From positions 58,205,163 to 58,253,300 of the forward strand of contig NC_068989.1 of NCBI RefSeq assembly GCF_001194135.2: a stretch of 48,138 nucleotides of DNA, written 5' to 3'. A program made the translations under genes and the position numbers. The notes under the pieces were generated by a model. It saw nothing but the letters and a program-made list of their open reading frames with translations, was not told the origin of the DNA and ran no database searches. This stretch comes from Octopus bimaculoides. Lineage: Eukaryota. Each line of letters begins with the position of its first letter. Positions within the stretch are counted from its first letter, which is position 1. This document shows, piece after piece, positions 48,105-48,138 of the stretch.

Positions 48105-48138
<34 letters not shown>

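Overview
This is AT-rich, microsatellite-dense eukaryotic genomic DNA with many N gaps. The SINE/LINE families and simple-repeat load look like an octopus (coleoid cephalopod) assembly, which is my inference. Most ORF-track entries are translated microsatellites or gaps. I reconstructed one real host gene by hand: a minus-strand, four-transmembrane MARVEL-domain gene of 206 aa. Its coding exons are 34063-33899, 32692-32498, 29577-29443 and 24695-24570, and it has a probable non-coding first exon and promoter near 35.7-36.0 kb. The rest is layered mobile DNA: mariner and DD37D-like remnants, a deleted Gypsy element with a nested solo LTR and hAT MITE, a second LTR pair, Tx1/L1 and CRE-like LINE pieces, an RT-less Penelope-like element (PLE) and many SINEs. 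The most unusual signal is a set of type-I hammerhead ribozymes: seven clear motifs from four sequence families, plus one remnant. Six of them form three independent head-to-head foldback pairs (10.8-11.2, 27.4-28.2 and 45.0-45.4 kb). One pair lies in the last intron of the MARVEL gene. The seventh motif lies just upstream of the PLE ORF.
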